Origin: the human T2T-CHM13v2.0 reference genome, Homo sapiens
Length of the DNA stretch: 64,000 nt
Assembly (NCBI RefSeq): GCF_009914755.1
Contig: NC_060935.1
Strand: one strand, 5' to 3'
In this document: one piece after another, positions 36,386-52,469 of the stretch
Layout of the letters: each line of letters begins with the position of its first letter
Numbering within the stretch: position 1 is the first letter of the stretch
Translations under genes and position numbers: made by a program
Notes under the pieces: generated by a model
Database searches by the model: none
The model's input: only the letters and a program-made list of their open reading frames with translations
What the model was told of the DNA's origin: nothing

Positions 36386-39300
36386 CTCAAGTGACAAACC
36401 ATAGCTGTGCTTACTTACCCAGGAGCCTGGCCACAGCTGTTTCCGTCTCCCATCCCCTGCAATTACATATATTGTACCAGGCTTGAGATGGGGAGGGAGG
36501 AGGTGTCTTGGCCAGCAGGTGACCCAGGAGTGACTGGTCTTAAAGGGAAGCTGGGAGGCAGGGACTGGAGGAGCAGACCCTGGGGCCGCAGTTCACCCAG
36601 ACCTGCAGAGATGGCAGAGGCAGCTCTGGCATGCAAAGGCCACAGCCCCCAGATGCTGCTGCTGTTAGCAAACCTGGGGCCAAGGTTGGTGGCTGGGGCA
36701 TCTTAAAGGTCCTGGGGGAAGGGGTGTTGTGAGTGGGAACTCAGAGGCACTGTCATTGGAAAATGACTGCCGCAGCCCTGGGAGGGAGTGGGCAGTGCAG
36801 GCTGGAGGCCACAGCCCTCCCGCGCTCATGCTTGTAGCAGAGCTTTTGCCCTTCCCCACCCCACAGAGGTCCTATTGAAACTGTCCCCTTTAGCAGGGCT
36901 AACTGGGGCATGTAATGTGGGTCCCTGAGAAGAGATTGTCTTTCCTGCCTCTGCCAGCGCCACCACCCCCAAGTTTCTGCCACTGGACCCAGCTGTCTGT
37001 GAGGCCTCTGGATACAGATCCTGTCCCTCCTTTCCCTGCTCCTCCTCTGTCCAGGAGCTGGGGGAACCTGTCTGCAGGAAGAGGGTGTCCTCCAGGATGG
37101 GCCCATGTCACTGTCTTCTACCTTTAGAGGAAGTGTCTCTGCCTTGTGCGAGTCATAGCACAGGGAGTCCTAGGGGTTCCTGGAGTCCTCCCTAGGCTGG
37201 GCACACAAAGGGTGGAGCCCATGCTCCCAGCTGCCTTCCCCTTTCCTGGTGAAGAGGAAGTGTGACTCCATTTTCCGGACAGAAGCTGCGCAGCCACATG
37301 AAGTGGCAGCACCTACTCCTTGCTGCCTCAGAGCCAGCCCCAACCAAAGAGGCTGCGCCAACCTCCCGTCGACCATGCTGGTCTTAAGTTCTCATCCTAT
37401 TCTGCAAAATAAACAAGCTTTGGATGAAGTCCTTCCCCAAAAGTAAGAAACATACCAAGGACAAAGCTGTGCGTCGTGTGGCTTTGGGTTTTTGTGCACC
37501 TGCTCCCCGTGTGAAGGTGAGCACTTTGACAACAAGGCTCAAGGATGCCAACGGAGTGTGCCCCAGCGCCCATCAACACTTCTATGGGAAGAGTGGGGCA
37601 AAGGCACATGGCTGGCAACTCAACTCAACGTGAAATTAATTGACAAGACCAGCACGCAACAAGGCAGGACTGGATACTTCAGTTACATTTCCCTACCCAG
37701 TTCAGCAGGGACAGAGGAAAAAAAGCTTTAGGATCTTTAGAATTTCCCAGCCTTTAAACAAACCTAAAATCAGTTTAACCTGCAATGAGACTTTGGAACC
37801 AGCTACAGTCCTTAAAACAGATGCCAGAAATTGCTCATGTGGTGACAGAAACTGCAGAATAGGTGAAATGCTTGCTGTTTCCTCATATGCTCAGGTTGGC
37901 ATCTTGAGCTTCCATGGGGTTTCGGTGCCCCTCAAAAAACCTGGACCTGCAATTCTGGAATGCTGCCACCAGGGGAAGGTATGGCTTGATCACTTGCCAG
38001 ATTTATAGAAGGCTCAGGTAAGTACTGCAGCTCCTGGGGATAACTGCCTTGGAGTAGAGAGAAACTGTTGAGAAATCATGGATCCAGATAACTCCAAAAA
38101 AAGAGTAATGTGCCTGTCCATGCATCACCCTTACATACAGACATGGAGACATTTACAGAGTGAGTGAATCACAGCCACATCCAGGTAGATGGCAAGAACC
38201 CAAGCCTATCATCAGCCACAGTCCAGGGAATTTCTGTGAAGAATGGGCATACCTGCCTTCCTTTGTAAATAATTCTCTTCTTCCACTTAAATCGTTATTT
38301 AAAATATCAAAAGTTGTACATACACATACACAGAGTTTACAGAAACAAAGAGTTCCACAAGGATTGTCATGATGAAACCCCACCAACCCAGCCTTACTTC
38401 TCACTCTGAGCCTTCAGCTATTTAATTTTATATCTATCACTCAATCTCTGAACACCTATTTTTGCTACTTGATATTTACATTTTCGATATTATCCGCTGA
38501 CACACTGTGATGGAAAAGGATGACTTGGCTCAGAGTTTGTGAAATGTGGCACTATGGTGATTTTGGACCAATTAATTCTTTGTTGTGGGTGTGCACTGTA
38601 GGATGTTTAGCAGTGTCCCTGAATTCTACCTGCCAGCTGCCAGCAATAATCTCCACCCCCAAGCGTGAAAATCAAGAATGTTTCCAGATACTGCCAAATG
38701 TCCTATGGAAGGTCAAGACACCATCAGTTGAGAACCACTAATTTGGCTCTTTTTAAAAAATCCTCCCTCCCCACTGTTTTCCCAGTACCACCATCCTCTA
38801 GATGTATTGATATCAAAATTTTAACTAGATCACCATTCAGGATTTACATCATGACTATGTAAAATCTATTCATAGCTTAAACTCTATAGTATACTATGGT
38901 TACTTCATCTTTTCCTGTACATTTTGTTCTCCCTAGAGCAAAATAATTTTGTTTGTTGGTCGGTTTTTCTATGTACTTAACAGTAATTCAAATCCAAATG
39001 CTTCCCTAATTATGTAAATCTCTTTTCAGAGTCTTCAAATACATTATCCATTTTAAGTTTGTCTTCCTGAAGAAATATTTCCTGAAGACTTTTGATCTGC
39101 ACTGAACAACCAGGATTAAGTGTTTTCTAGCAGCTGTCCCCATTACTCTAATCCTCAGGATTCCTTTGACTGATTCTTTCCTGTGTTGGATCTCCTGAAT
39201 CCCTGTATTTGTTTATTTGGTTCAAAAACCTCATTTTTTGTAAAGGACATCCTCCAGTATCTTCTCCCCAAATAGAGTTAGGACATAATTTTTTTGAGAC

Positions 39301-41411
39301 ATTGACTATTTGAAAATGGCTTTATCTGTACACTTAATTGGTAGTTTGGCTGGGTATAAAATTTGAGGTTGGGGAATAAGGTAAAGTAAATTCCTAAGAC
39401 TAACTCTTCTGCAGGTAATAGCTATAAAATCTAGACAGAGTACAATCCCCACCCCCAAACCAACAAATAAATTCTCTGAAGGTTCTGAAGAGTGAACAAA
39501 GACAGGCAGATTTTAGATGAGAGTTGAAAATTAGAAGCTTTGTGCAATGGATGCATTATGGTATGAGTCACCTGCAGTTTTTTGTTTTTTTTTTTTAAAT
39601 CCAGATCCTGCACAAACCTGCAGTTCTGATAGAAATCAGAGGATACAGCCCACAGTGGCCATAGCAGCCAAAGTGAGGGGAGAACTCCAGAAAAGAGAGA
39701 GCCAGAGAAGGGTAGTTTCATATTCTGTGTGTAAACTTCTCATAGGTCTTTGGTTGATGTCTGAGCTGAGCTGTGTGTGTAAGGAAGACTCAAATAGGCT
39801 TGCTGTGATAAGGCTGAAATTTGAGCTGCTGCCACTGCAGGGCAGACAAAGGTTGCAATTTGAGTTTAACCAAACTCATTATCAGCTAAAACAAAAACAT
39901 TAACACCCATCAAAGGAATGTAATATAATCCAGAGTTGCCAAAGCATAACATTCACGAAATTTGGGATACAACTCAAACTTATTTAGCAAACCCAGAGAT
40001 GACCCAGATGTTGGAATTATCAGAGAAGGACTTTAAAAAACAGCTACTGTAACAATACCCAACTAGGTAAAGGAAAATAGGCTTATAATGAATAAAAGAC
40101 AGGAAATCCCAAGGAAATTTTAAAAAGAATTATATGGAATTGTTAGAAATGCATCAGCTGGGCTTAACATCAGCATGGATATGACAGAGCTAATTATTAG
40201 TGAATTTGAAGACATGCCAAGAGAACATATCCAATCCAAAGAAGAGAGAAAAAAAGATTTTAAAAAGTAGAACAGAGAGTATTAAGGATCAAAAGGTCTA
40301 ACATAACGTGAACGAGAGTCTCAGAAGGGGGGAAAATTAGAGTCAAAGAAGACAGAGAAAATGAGTCATAAAAAATACTTGAAAAAATGGTACCCAAGGA
40401 ATTCCCCAATTAGGTGAAGGACATAAATTTATAGATTCAAGAAGCCTGTGAATCCCCAAAAAGATAAGTATTTAAAAAATTATATAGGGACATTATAGTC
40501 AATTCTGCTCAAAGCCAAAGACAAGGTGAGAATCTTAAAGCAGCCAGAGAAATTATTTACATTATTCACACTCTAAATAAAAATGACTGAATGATTGCAG
40601 ACTTTGCATCAGAAACCATGGAGAAGAACCTCTTGTAGAAGACGGCGGAACAACATCTTTAACAGGTGAAAGTAAAAAAAACACAACTAGAATTCCATTT
40701 CTGGTGAAAATTCTTTAAAGAATACAGGCAAAATAAAGAACTTTATAAAAAAATGAAAACCAGGTTATTTGTTGCCAGAAAGCCTGCACTAAAGAACGTT
40801 CTTCAAGCTGAAGTGAAGCGGGACTGGATCTATGGATGGCACAAAGGGTGCCACAAATGGTGAACACCTGGATACAAAATAAAAGATGATTCTCCCTCTT
40901 AATTTTAAAAGCAGATATCACTGTTTTAGGCAAAAATAATACTGATTTTGGGGTTTACAAGTGTGTAGATGTAACACACATGACAATTATAGAATAAAGT
41001 GAGGCAGGAGTGAAGAAGATGCATCTATATGGTTGCTGGGTTTTTATATTTTACATGGAGTGTACAATTTGAACTCTAAGTAGACTATGGAAAGCTAAGA
41101 ATGTATACTGTAATCCTTGATCCACTGCTAAAAGAATGTGAAGAGCTACAGTGTAACGCCAATGGAAAAATTAAAATAAGGTTCTAAGAATAGTTAAATA
41201 ATCTAAAATAAGGCAGAAAAAGGGAAAAATAAAAACTGAGGAGATAAACAGAAGACAAACTTGTAAACCTAGATGGAACCACATGAACAATTCTATTAAA
41301 TGTTAAATAGAATAAAACTCCAACTAAACATCAGGCCTTATAAAATGGTTTAAAAAGAAGACCTAATTATGCTGTCCGTACACTTTCAATACAAAGACAC
41401 TGAGAGGCTGA

Positions 41412-41844
<433 letters not shown>

Positions 41845-41937
41845 TAATTTTATTATCTTCTTCGAAGGCCATATCTTTTTCTTTTCTGAGAAATTCTTTT
41901 CAAGTTTATCTTTCAATCTATCTTTCAAATTTTTAAT

Positions 41938-42238
41938 GCCAGCCCGGAGCGGTGGCTCATGTCTATAATCCCAGCACTCTGGGAAGCTGGGGTGGGACGA
42001 TTGCTTGAAGCCAGGAGTTTGAGACCTGCTGGGCAGCATAGTGAGACCTCGTTCCTTGAAAAAAAAAAAAAAAAAAAAAAACATTTAAAAGTTAGCCAAG
42101 TATGGCAGCACGTGGCTGTGGTTCCAGCTATTCAGGAGGCTGAGGTGGGAGGATCCCTTGAGGCTGAGGCTGCAGCAAGTCCTGATCACACCACTGCACT
42201 CCAGCCTGGGCAACAGAGCGAGACCTGTCTCAAAAAAA
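41938..42238 (+). mobile_element. Alu (AluJ-like)
   Basis: gcggtggctcatgtctataatcccagcac...ctccagcctgggcaacagagcgagacc. Confidence 0.93.
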
Positions 42239-43206
42239 TTTTTTTTATACCTGCTATATAATATTTTTAATTTTCAGGAACTCTTATTTTGTTCTCTGAT
42301 CATTTCAGAAAGAACATTTTACTTTTTTTTTCTTTGATCTCACTGAGCATATTAATAATACATTTCTTAATCTTACTCTTCCTGCATACTGGTTTCTTCA
42401 GTTGTTTTCAGTGTGTTTGTTTTGGGCCGTATTTCATATTAGTTCATCAAATGTCTGATGTTCCTTGGAAGGCAGCTCATATTTCAGAGTAGCTCCTAAA
42501 AGACTAAGTTCGATCACAGCCAGTTATTTTGTGAATACTGACAAATGGATCCTAAAGTTTATATGGAAAGCTAAGAGGCCCAAAATAGCCAACACAATAT
42601 CGAAGGAGGACAAAGTCACAGGGCTGACACTCCCCAACTTCAAGAGTTACTATACAGCTACAGTAATCAAGGCAGCTGGGTACTGGTGAAAGAACAGACA
42701 AATAGACCAATGATCAGAATAGAAAGCCCAGAAATAGACCCACACAAATAGAGTCAACTGATCTTTGACAAAGGAGCAAAGGCAGTTCCATGGAGAAAGG
42801 ACAGTCTTTTCAACAAGCCATGCTGGACATCCACATGCAAAAATGAATGTAGAGACAGACCTGAAATCTTTCACAAAAATTAACCCCCAGTGGATCACGG
42901 ACTTAAATGTAAAAAGCAAAACTATGACACTTCTAGAAGATAAGAGAAGATCTAGATGACCTTGAGTTTGGTGATGATTTCTTAGATACAACACCAAAAG
43001 CATAATCTATAAAAGTCAAAATTGATGTTGGACTTCCTTAAATTAACTCTGCAAAATGCACTCTGAAGAGAATAAAAAGATAAACCACAGACTGGGGGAA
43101 AATCTTTGCAAAACAAACACTTATCAGATAAAGGACTGGTATTTGAAATACAAAAAGAAAGAACTCTTACATCTCAACAGTAAGAAAACAACTGAATATA
43201 AAAATG

Positions 43207-43672
<466 letters not shown>

Positions 43673-45329
43673 TTATCGTTGCTGGTGGGAACCCAAAATA
43701 ACACAGGCACTTTGGAAGACAGTTTGGCAGTTTCTTACAAAACAACACACTTTTACCCTATGATCCAGCAATTGTGCTCCTTTGTATTTACCCAAATGAG
43801 TTGAGAACAGGTTCATACAAAAACCTGTATGCCGAGGTTTAGAGCAGCTTTATTAATAATTGCCAAACTTGGAAGCAACCCAGATGTCTTTTGAGAGGTG
43901 AGTGGACAAACACACTGGTCCATCTAGAAAACGGAATATTAGTTAGCACTAAAAAGAAATGAGCTACCAAGCCATGGGAAGGCCTGCAGGAAGCTTACAA
44001 GCATGTTGCTAAGTGAAAGAAGCCAATCTGAAAAGGCTGCACACTGTATGATTCCAACTACATGACATTCTAGAAAAGGCAAACTATGGAGAAGGTAAAA
44101 AGATCAGTGGTTGCCAAGGGCTCAGGGGGAGGGAAGGAAGGTGGAACAGAAGCACAGAGAATTTTTGAGGCAGTGAGGCTGTTCTGTTTGATACTATAAT
44201 GGTAGGTACAGGATATTATACATTTGGCAAAACCCACAGAATGTACACCAAGAGTGAACCCTCATGTAGACTACGGGCTTTAGTTAATAATGGTGTATCA
44301 ATATTGGCTTCTCAACTGTGTGGGACATTTGCTACAATTGACAAGCCAATTGAAAAATAGGGAAAACAGGGAGAGATATAAGGGGGTATGTGGCAAGTCG
44401 GTACTTTTCACTCATTTTTCCCCATCAACTCCTCAAAATATAAAGTCTACTAATTAAAAAGAGGCTCATTTCTACAAGTTTTTATTATGGAAGAAGCCCA
44501 ATGTTACATGACAGTAGAGAGATGAGTACCCTGAGCCAGTGCCGTCCCTTCAGCCAGCGTCAGCCACTGCTGGCTCCGAGAGCACCCACCCAGCCCCTGG
44601 GGCGATCATATCCCTCTGCGTTCCCTGGAAATGGCTCAGCATGCTTTCTATGAAAAGACAGAGACTCTTATTAAGAAGAAACACAACTGAAGTGGGAGGA
44701 TTGCTCGAGCCTGGGAGATTAGCTGCAGTTAGCTGGGATCACACCACTGTACTCCAGCCTGAGCAACAGAGAACCTGTCTCAAACAAAACAAAAACCAAA
44801 AACCACAATGCCATTCTCATGCCTAAAAAGCGACTGCATTCCTGGTATCATGAGGCACCGCGTCATGGCTCAGGCTCCCTGAGTGTACAGCTGGTTTACT
44901 TGACTCATGAGCAAGATGCACACGTCACATCTGGCTGGCACGTCTCTGAAGCCTTTTTACATCTCTAGGCTTTCCCCATTCCTCTTTTATCCCTTTGCAG
45001 TTCATTTGCTGAAGAAACCGAGTCAATTGCATCCTGCGGCATTGCTTCTATTAGTGGTGGTCAGAGGCGGGATTGCATCCAGGAGCCCTTTGCAGGCGGT
45101 GCCGGGCATACCCACGCCAGGAGCCCCGGCACAGCTGCTTGGGTCTTTCTGCGACGAGACAGCACCGGTGGGTCAAGCACCCTCAGCCTGTCCCACTCCC
45201 CGTCAGCTTGCCACTTAGTGTTTTTAGCAGCCACTGGTAAATGCCATGCCCAGATCCTTCACCTCCTGGGAGCTGCAGAACGCTGATGTTCAACTTCTGT
45301 TGCTCCTTCTCCACTTACTAGTTGGAATA

Positions 45330-45626
45330 ATTTTTATTTTAACTTCTTGAGACAGGGTCTTGCTCTGTCACCCAGGCTGGAGTGCAGCGGCATGATCTTA
45401 GCTCACTGCAGCCTTGACCTCCTGGGCTCAAGCGATCCTCCCACCTCAGCCTCTTGAGCAGCTGAAACCACAGGTGTGTGCCACCACACTGGGCTAATTT
45501 TTGTATTTTTTTGTAGAGATGGGGTCTTCCTGTGTTGGCCAGGCTGGTCTTGAACTCCTGGGCTCAAGTGATACACCTGGGCCTCCCAAAGTGCTAGGAT
45601 CATAGGCATGAGCACTGCACCCAGCC
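45330..45626 (-). mobile_element. Alu (AluJ-like)
   Basis: gagacagggtcttgctctgtcacccaggctggagtgcag...cactgcacccagcc. Confidence 0.93.
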
Positions 45627-45791
45627 ACACTAATTTTTAAGAAGAAACTTTCCCTTTTCAACACTTGGATGACTCTGAGGCACAGTGTATGTGAGAAGGC
45701 CCAGATACGGGCCGGATACTCGCCTTTCATCAGTTTTCATGTGAATGAGTCACTTCTTTCAAGTGACCAGTTCTTTAAAAAGTGTCATTAT

Positions 45792-46083
<292 letters not shown>

Positions 46084-46136
46084 GTGCCATTATGAACTCA
46101 AGAATGTTTATAAGAACATAGCTGATAAAAGTTTGA

Positions 46137-46469
<333 letters not shown>

Positions 46470-46489
46470 TAGTCTTTGTTTTTAAACAA

Positions 46490-47300
46490 ATCTTTTATTT
46501 TAGAATAGTTTTAGATTTACAAAAAACATTGTGAACTCAGTATCTGGAGTTCCCATACACTCCACACTGTTTCCCCTATTATTAGCATCTCACACTGGTA
46601 TGGGACATTTGTCACAATTAATAAACCAGTATTGATATATTTCATTAACTAAAGCCCACATTTTATTCGGATTTCTCTAATTTTTACCTGACGTCCCTTG
46701 TCTGTCCCAGGATCTGTCCAGAGCACCACATTACGTTTAGTTGCTGCTCTAGGCTCTGCCTGCTGGGATGGTTTCTTAGACTTTGTTTTGTTGACCTTGA
46801 CAGTTTTGGCTGCTGGTCAGGTCTTTTGTTCTACCCCTGAATTAAGATTTTTTTTCCTCATTATTAGACTGAGGTATATATGGGTGTTCAGGAGGTAAAG
46901 AGCCATTCCTGTCACATAGTATCGAGGGCACACACTGTCACCAAGACTTTTCGCTGTTGGTGCTGGCCCTGCTCGCCTGGCCAAGGGAGGGCTCACTGGG
47001 CTCCCCCGCTGTGAAGTTACTCTCCTTTCCCTACTTTCCACACAGTGCTCTCGAAAGCAAGTCACTGCATACTGCCCACACCTAAGGGGTGGGGAGTTAC
47101 ACACCACCTCCTTGAGGACAGAGTATCTTTGCACATGTTAGGGAAGATTTGTCTATTCCTCCCTTTATCTTTCAGTTGTTTATTTATCAGTGTGGACCCA
47201 TGAATACTCATGTTGTACTTTGAATGATAACCAAATGTGACTTTATTTTCTAGCTCAAATTGTCCCGGCCGTGGTCTTTGGGAGCTCCTTGGCCTCTGGG
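46490..47300 (-). mobile_element. Old L1M 3' fragment
   Basis: ttttagaatagttttagatttaca...gagttcccata...tatgggacatttgtcacaattaataaacca. Confidence 0.7.
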
Positions 47301-48044
47301 AGCTCCCTGGGATTTGCTCCAGCCTTTTGTTTTTTGACCACTTCCTTCCTTTCCGGTTCTACAGGATGCTCTAGGCTGCTACCTTTTGCCGTGCTTTCGA
47401 ATCCTCCACTGTGCTGTATGAGCAGCCCTTCCTCACACTGGCTCCTGAGCCCATCACATGTGACTTTGTGTCTTCAATACCTTCCTTGCTTTTGGATGTG
47501 ACAAAATATTCTACCCTCTTCATGATTATACTGATAGCTTCAACAGAAATTTAGGATGATGCTGTTTTTACTTATTTTCTTTTATATTGGTGTCTCTTTC
47601 TCTTTGCTGAAAATCTAGGTTCCTAATGACTGCCATTAAGGTCATGATCTATTTGCTCTATCATTTATTAATCATCTATCCATCTATCATTACTTTCAGA
47701 CTAACACCACCAATGTCATTACTCATAACAGGATTACCGAAAAGAGGTTATGATTTCTTTCCAGTTTGCAATGACATGCAAATTGCCACTTGACATAATT
47801 TGTTAATGCCATTAATTTAATTAGCAGTTATGTTCATTTCTATTATTTTGTTTTGGATTTTGAGATTTTTGAAATTTTGACTGTTTTACAATTACGTGAA
47901 ATATTTACTCAATTCCAAAATTGAACCTGCTACTCTCTCTCTTCTACTTCCTCTTCTTGTATTCTCCCCCTTGAGGCAATGCTAAATTAAAACAAGTTAT
48001 TTTGGTGGATTATCCTTCCATTAAAAAGGAGAAATGAGCAGATA

Positions 48045-48140
48045 CCTGTGTGTTTCTGTATGTGTATGTGTGTGTGCACGTGAGCATGTGTGTGGGTGAG
48101 TGTGAGCATGTGTGTGGGTGAGTGTGCACGTGTGTGTGCA
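48045..48140. repeat. Imperfect (TG)n simple repeat
   Basis: tgtgtatgtgtgtgtgcacgtgagcatgtgtgtgggtgagtgtgagcatgtgtgtgggtgag. Confidence 0.85.
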
Positions 48141-50439
48141 CATTCCCTCCCCACCTTCCTTGGGTAAACAGCAGCACGCTGGTCACATTCTTCTCGCCTT
48201 GCCTTTCCCACGTAACAACACCCCCTGGAGACGGTGCCACGGCAGCTCCCAGAGACGCTCCCTGCACCTGACTGCAGCCACATGTCCTCGCTGCAAGGCT
48301 GTTACGCGGCACACACTGCAGGCTCCTACTGGTGGGTCTGGTGCTTAGTGTTCTGCTCTCCAAACAGAGCTGAAAACAGCCACGTGAGTCCTTGTTCTAA
48401 TTTTCCGAGTGCACCTTTGGGCTATGTTCACATCTGTGGGGTTGCTGGCTCTAACGGTTTCTTATCCAAACTACCCATCAGCCCTTAGCCCAGGCTACCT
48501 CCACCTCCTAGGCAGAGGCCACAGCCTCTTGCAGTTCCGCCACGTGATTCTGACTGTACCAGCTTTCCCCACCACAGCCCCGCTCCAGCTTTCTGAGGCC
48601 TTTGAGTCCACTTGCTGTGCAGCCGCCATCGCCGTTTCTGCTCTGTCCTTGTTGGTCTCTGCCTCTTTAAGGATGGCTTATCCTGCTGCGTGCATGGCTG
48701 AATGCACGGCTTAACCTCTATCTAGATTTGATTGATTGGCAGTGTCCCTCTTTTGCTGGACGTTGCCAATCAAACCTCTAAAAATTCATTTATTCTTGAA
48801 AAAGATACAAGAAAGTACCAAAGGGGTGGCCACAGCATGGCTGTCCAGGCACGGGCGCCCTCCCAGGGCAGCCACACTTCTGCACGTGCAGGGTTCTCAT
48901 TAATTCTTAGCTTGTCTCCAGCCATGGCTTATTCAAACCCCGATCTTATTTCCTCCTTTGACTAGAAAGCTCTCTGGTGGTACCCCCTCTATCGTCTCTC
49001 ATCCTACCCAGGGGCTCCGAGTCCCTGCTGGCTCAGGCTTTGAAAGCCCAGGCCCCTTACCCGGCTCCAGCTCCGCGGGCTGGCCGGCCACCTGCTCACA
49101 CTGTCTAAGCTTTTTCAAGGCTGTCCTTGGCATCCATTCGGACCGTGTCCCAGTCCCTCAGTTATTGCAGCCATCAGAGGGGGAGAGGAAAGAAGGAAGA
49201 GAAGGGCACTGCCCCCACCTCCAACCAGGCGGCATCATTTGAGACTCGTGCAGAAGGGAAGCCGCCCCAAGCCAGCCAGGCATTTGGGCCCCTAAATGCC
49301 ACAGCTCCTCTCTTAGCGGCCACAGTTGCCCCGGCAACGTGCGGCCGCGGGCAGGCTACCTTCACTGAGGCCTCCCTCCAGACCCACAGCTCCAATCCAC
49401 ACCCTCTTTGAAAAATGTTTACACACAGTGCCACGAGGTCTCCGGCAGAGGGCTTGCGGGTGCAAGGAAACCCACAGGCCCACACCTGCAATGCTGGTGT
49501 GGGTGTGGAGGGGCAGCTGCTTGTCTCCTGCTCCTCCCCGAGCATCAAAGCACGCGGGTGGCACAGCAGGGTGTGCTTCTGCATCTGCCCGGGCCAGCTG
49601 GCTGCTGTGTGCACACCGGGAGGCCTCTCTGTCCAGAGCACCAGGAGGAGGCTGGCCTCACACCTCAATGCGACTGGTTACAAATACAGATTCCCAGCCC
49701 TCACAGCAGCAGGTGCTCTATAAATACTATTGAGCAGTTCTCTTTGGGACTGTGGTAAAACACAGCAGGGTAGGAATGCCTGGGTTCAAGTCTCAGCTGC
49801 CCCACTGTCAGGTGAGTTTGTGACCTCAGAGCAGGGCTCTGGCCCTCATCAGCTCTATCTGCAGCAGGGGAGCAGCAGTTCTGGCAGTCTATCCATGAGA
49901 ATGCCTGAGGACGGGTGTGTGACTGGAAGGGGGGATGCAGAGGCCCTGCTCTGCTGGGGAGGATCCCCGGTGCTGCCCCGAAGCCCTGTACTGCAGCCCG
50001 GCTTTCCCACCTAAGCAGGCTTTGTCTATGGTCCTGCCCCCTCCCTGGCTGTCCTTCCCATGTACCCTGTGCAGCAGCCGGTCCTGGTGGGCAGTGTTCA
50101 CCGCTTCCTGTGTCAGGAGGCGCTCGCTGCTGGGGCTGGGCTGTGCACGAATCAGGGGCTGTACGGGATTCTCAGTCCACTATCTTGTTCTCAACAAGAA
50201 TATCCATAATTTCAGTTCAAAGCAGTGGAAGAGCATCATATGGAGGCAGAGTCGGAGAGCTGGGGTAGCTTCCTCTGACAGCACCCTTCATCCTGCTGTG
50301 TCCTTCAGCTGTCCTCCCTCCCCTGTGCTGCTCCGCACGGCCACTGCATGCTGGCTTCAAGGCCCCTGTCAGGGGTCAGGGCCCAGGCTGAATACCTGGC
50401 ACATGAGGGGGCCTGGCCATATTTGCAGCGTGACTAGCA

Positions 50440-50600
50440 AGGGAATATTAACAGCCAGTGTCAACTGAGCACTGACGACATGGCTGCCCCTGGGCTAAGG
50501 ACTTTACATAGTTACACCATTCAGTCCTCACTAGCACCCTATGGACCAGGTGGCGACGGGATCCCATTTTACAGATGAGGGACAGAAGCTACAGCGGAGC
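50440..50600. mobile_element. MIR fragment
   Basis: cattcagtcctcactagcaccctatg...cccattttacagatgagg. Confidence 0.75.
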
Positions 50601-52469
50601 CCTGGGTCCTCCCCTCTCTACCAGGAGAGTAACCAAGAGCAGTCCCACCCCCTGGGGGGCAGTGCAGCTGTGAATGCCACCATCGGAGATGGGAAAGCAC
50701 CAGGGGCAGCTGTGTCGCTCACATCCATGCTCGCCTTACCAGCGTGGATGCACAGAGTCCCAGGGAGCCTGGAGAAAGGTATGGACTATCTTCAACTTAA
50801 TCTGGTGGTGACACCCACTGAGGTTGCTGTTCCCAATGTGCTATCTTTACCGGAGCAAATCGGTACAACCCCAGACACTCGGATGCAGCTAAGACCTTGT
50901 GAATTCCTTTGCTCCACATTGATCTGCAAGGAGTACTAGTAGGAGTCTGCTTTCACCTGACAACACCAGTGGTCCACATGCACAGCCCGTCCTCAGGCTA
51001 CCCCGAGCCTCCTGCTCTCTGCCATGCCGGGGCCCTCAGAGATCCCATCAGCTCAGCTTTCCAGAAAACATCATGCTGTCCACGATACTGATGACATTAC
51101 GGTAACTAGATCATGAGCAGGAAGTAGCAAATGCTTCGGATGCCTTCTATGCAAAGAAGGGTGGGGGAAGCCCACAGAGATGCAGGGGCCTGCCAGTTCA
51201 GTGAGGGTTCTGCGTCCTCAGTGCTCTGGAACATGTTGAGATAGCCCCTCCAAGGGGGGAACATTCCGCTGCCTCTCACCATCTCATGCACACATGGACA
51301 CATACATGCTCACACGCACACAGGCACGAGGCTTGGCAGGTCTTTGTGGAGTGTGGAGGCAACACAGGCCACATTTGAACATTTTCTCCAGCCCATCTAC
51401 AAAGTCCTCTGCAAGCCTGCCCGCTTCTAGTGGGGACCAGAGTAAGATAAGGCTCTGTGCAGGTCCCAGCTGCAGCAGCACAGGCCTTGCTGCCAATCGG
51501 CTTGACAGCCCGGCAGCTGCAGCGACACTTACAGTACCCATGGCAAACAGGGACGCGTGTGGAGGCTCTGGCCAGCACCAGCAACAGAATCCCAGTGCAG
51601 GCCTCGAGGACTTGGGAGCGCATCCAGGCCCTTCTCCGCAGGTAACTCTTCTTCTGGGAAACACCTCTCTGGCTTGCTCCTGGGCCACGGTGTATACCTT
51701 GCCCAGGCTTGCCCAGCTAGGTCACTTCTGTTAGCTTTGTGTACCAGTCCCCAGGCTCACCCAAGGAACAGACTCTGTGGGTGGCAGCCCCTCTCCAAGA
51801 GTTAAGGACAGCAGCCCCTAACACCCAGGACAGCTCATCCCGGGTCTGTGAACCCCAGCCAGCAGGCCCAGGGATGGGCAGGGGATGGTGGATTTTTTTT
51901 TTTCTGCCTTCTGCTAGGAGCATGAGACAGACTAAGAGAGAGGTGAGAGAAAAGGGCATTTGGAAACGAGCTTCGAGGTAGGGGAGAAAACAGGCTCTTT
52001 CTTTTGAAATGCCAGGGTTGGCAGCATCAGAACAGGAGCGAACAGGGTCCTGGTACTGTGCAGCCCCACCTCCCAACGCCAGGGGAACGGAGCCCTGGCA
52101 CCCCCGTAAACACACACACCAGGTCCTGGATGGGACCAAGCCACCACTTTGCCCCCTGAACAGCACACTCAGAAGGGGATCTCTGCTCTCCAGCTAACCC
52201 CCCTCCTAGCCCCCAGGGATGTGGCTCCTTTAGTTTTGTGGAGGTGATGGCGGGAAAGTCCTGTTCTCAGAAGCTTCCTTCCCCCTCCCTGCTCTGTGAC
52301 TCCTGTCTCCTCTGCTGGACTTCTCCACCTTAGTCTTGGTGGCCTGGGGGGCAACTGCCCATCATTCTCAGCCAGCAGGCCTCTCTCAGGAGGACAGGCC
52401 CTGGCATACTCTGCCCCCACCCCCCACCCACCTTTTCAATTCAGACACAACTGGCCAGCACTCACATTA

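Noticed and set aside
42465-43003. ORFs with reverse-transcriptase-adjacent L1 ORF2 motifs
   Set aside because: Fragmented ancient L1 with stops and an Alu insertion; not an active element
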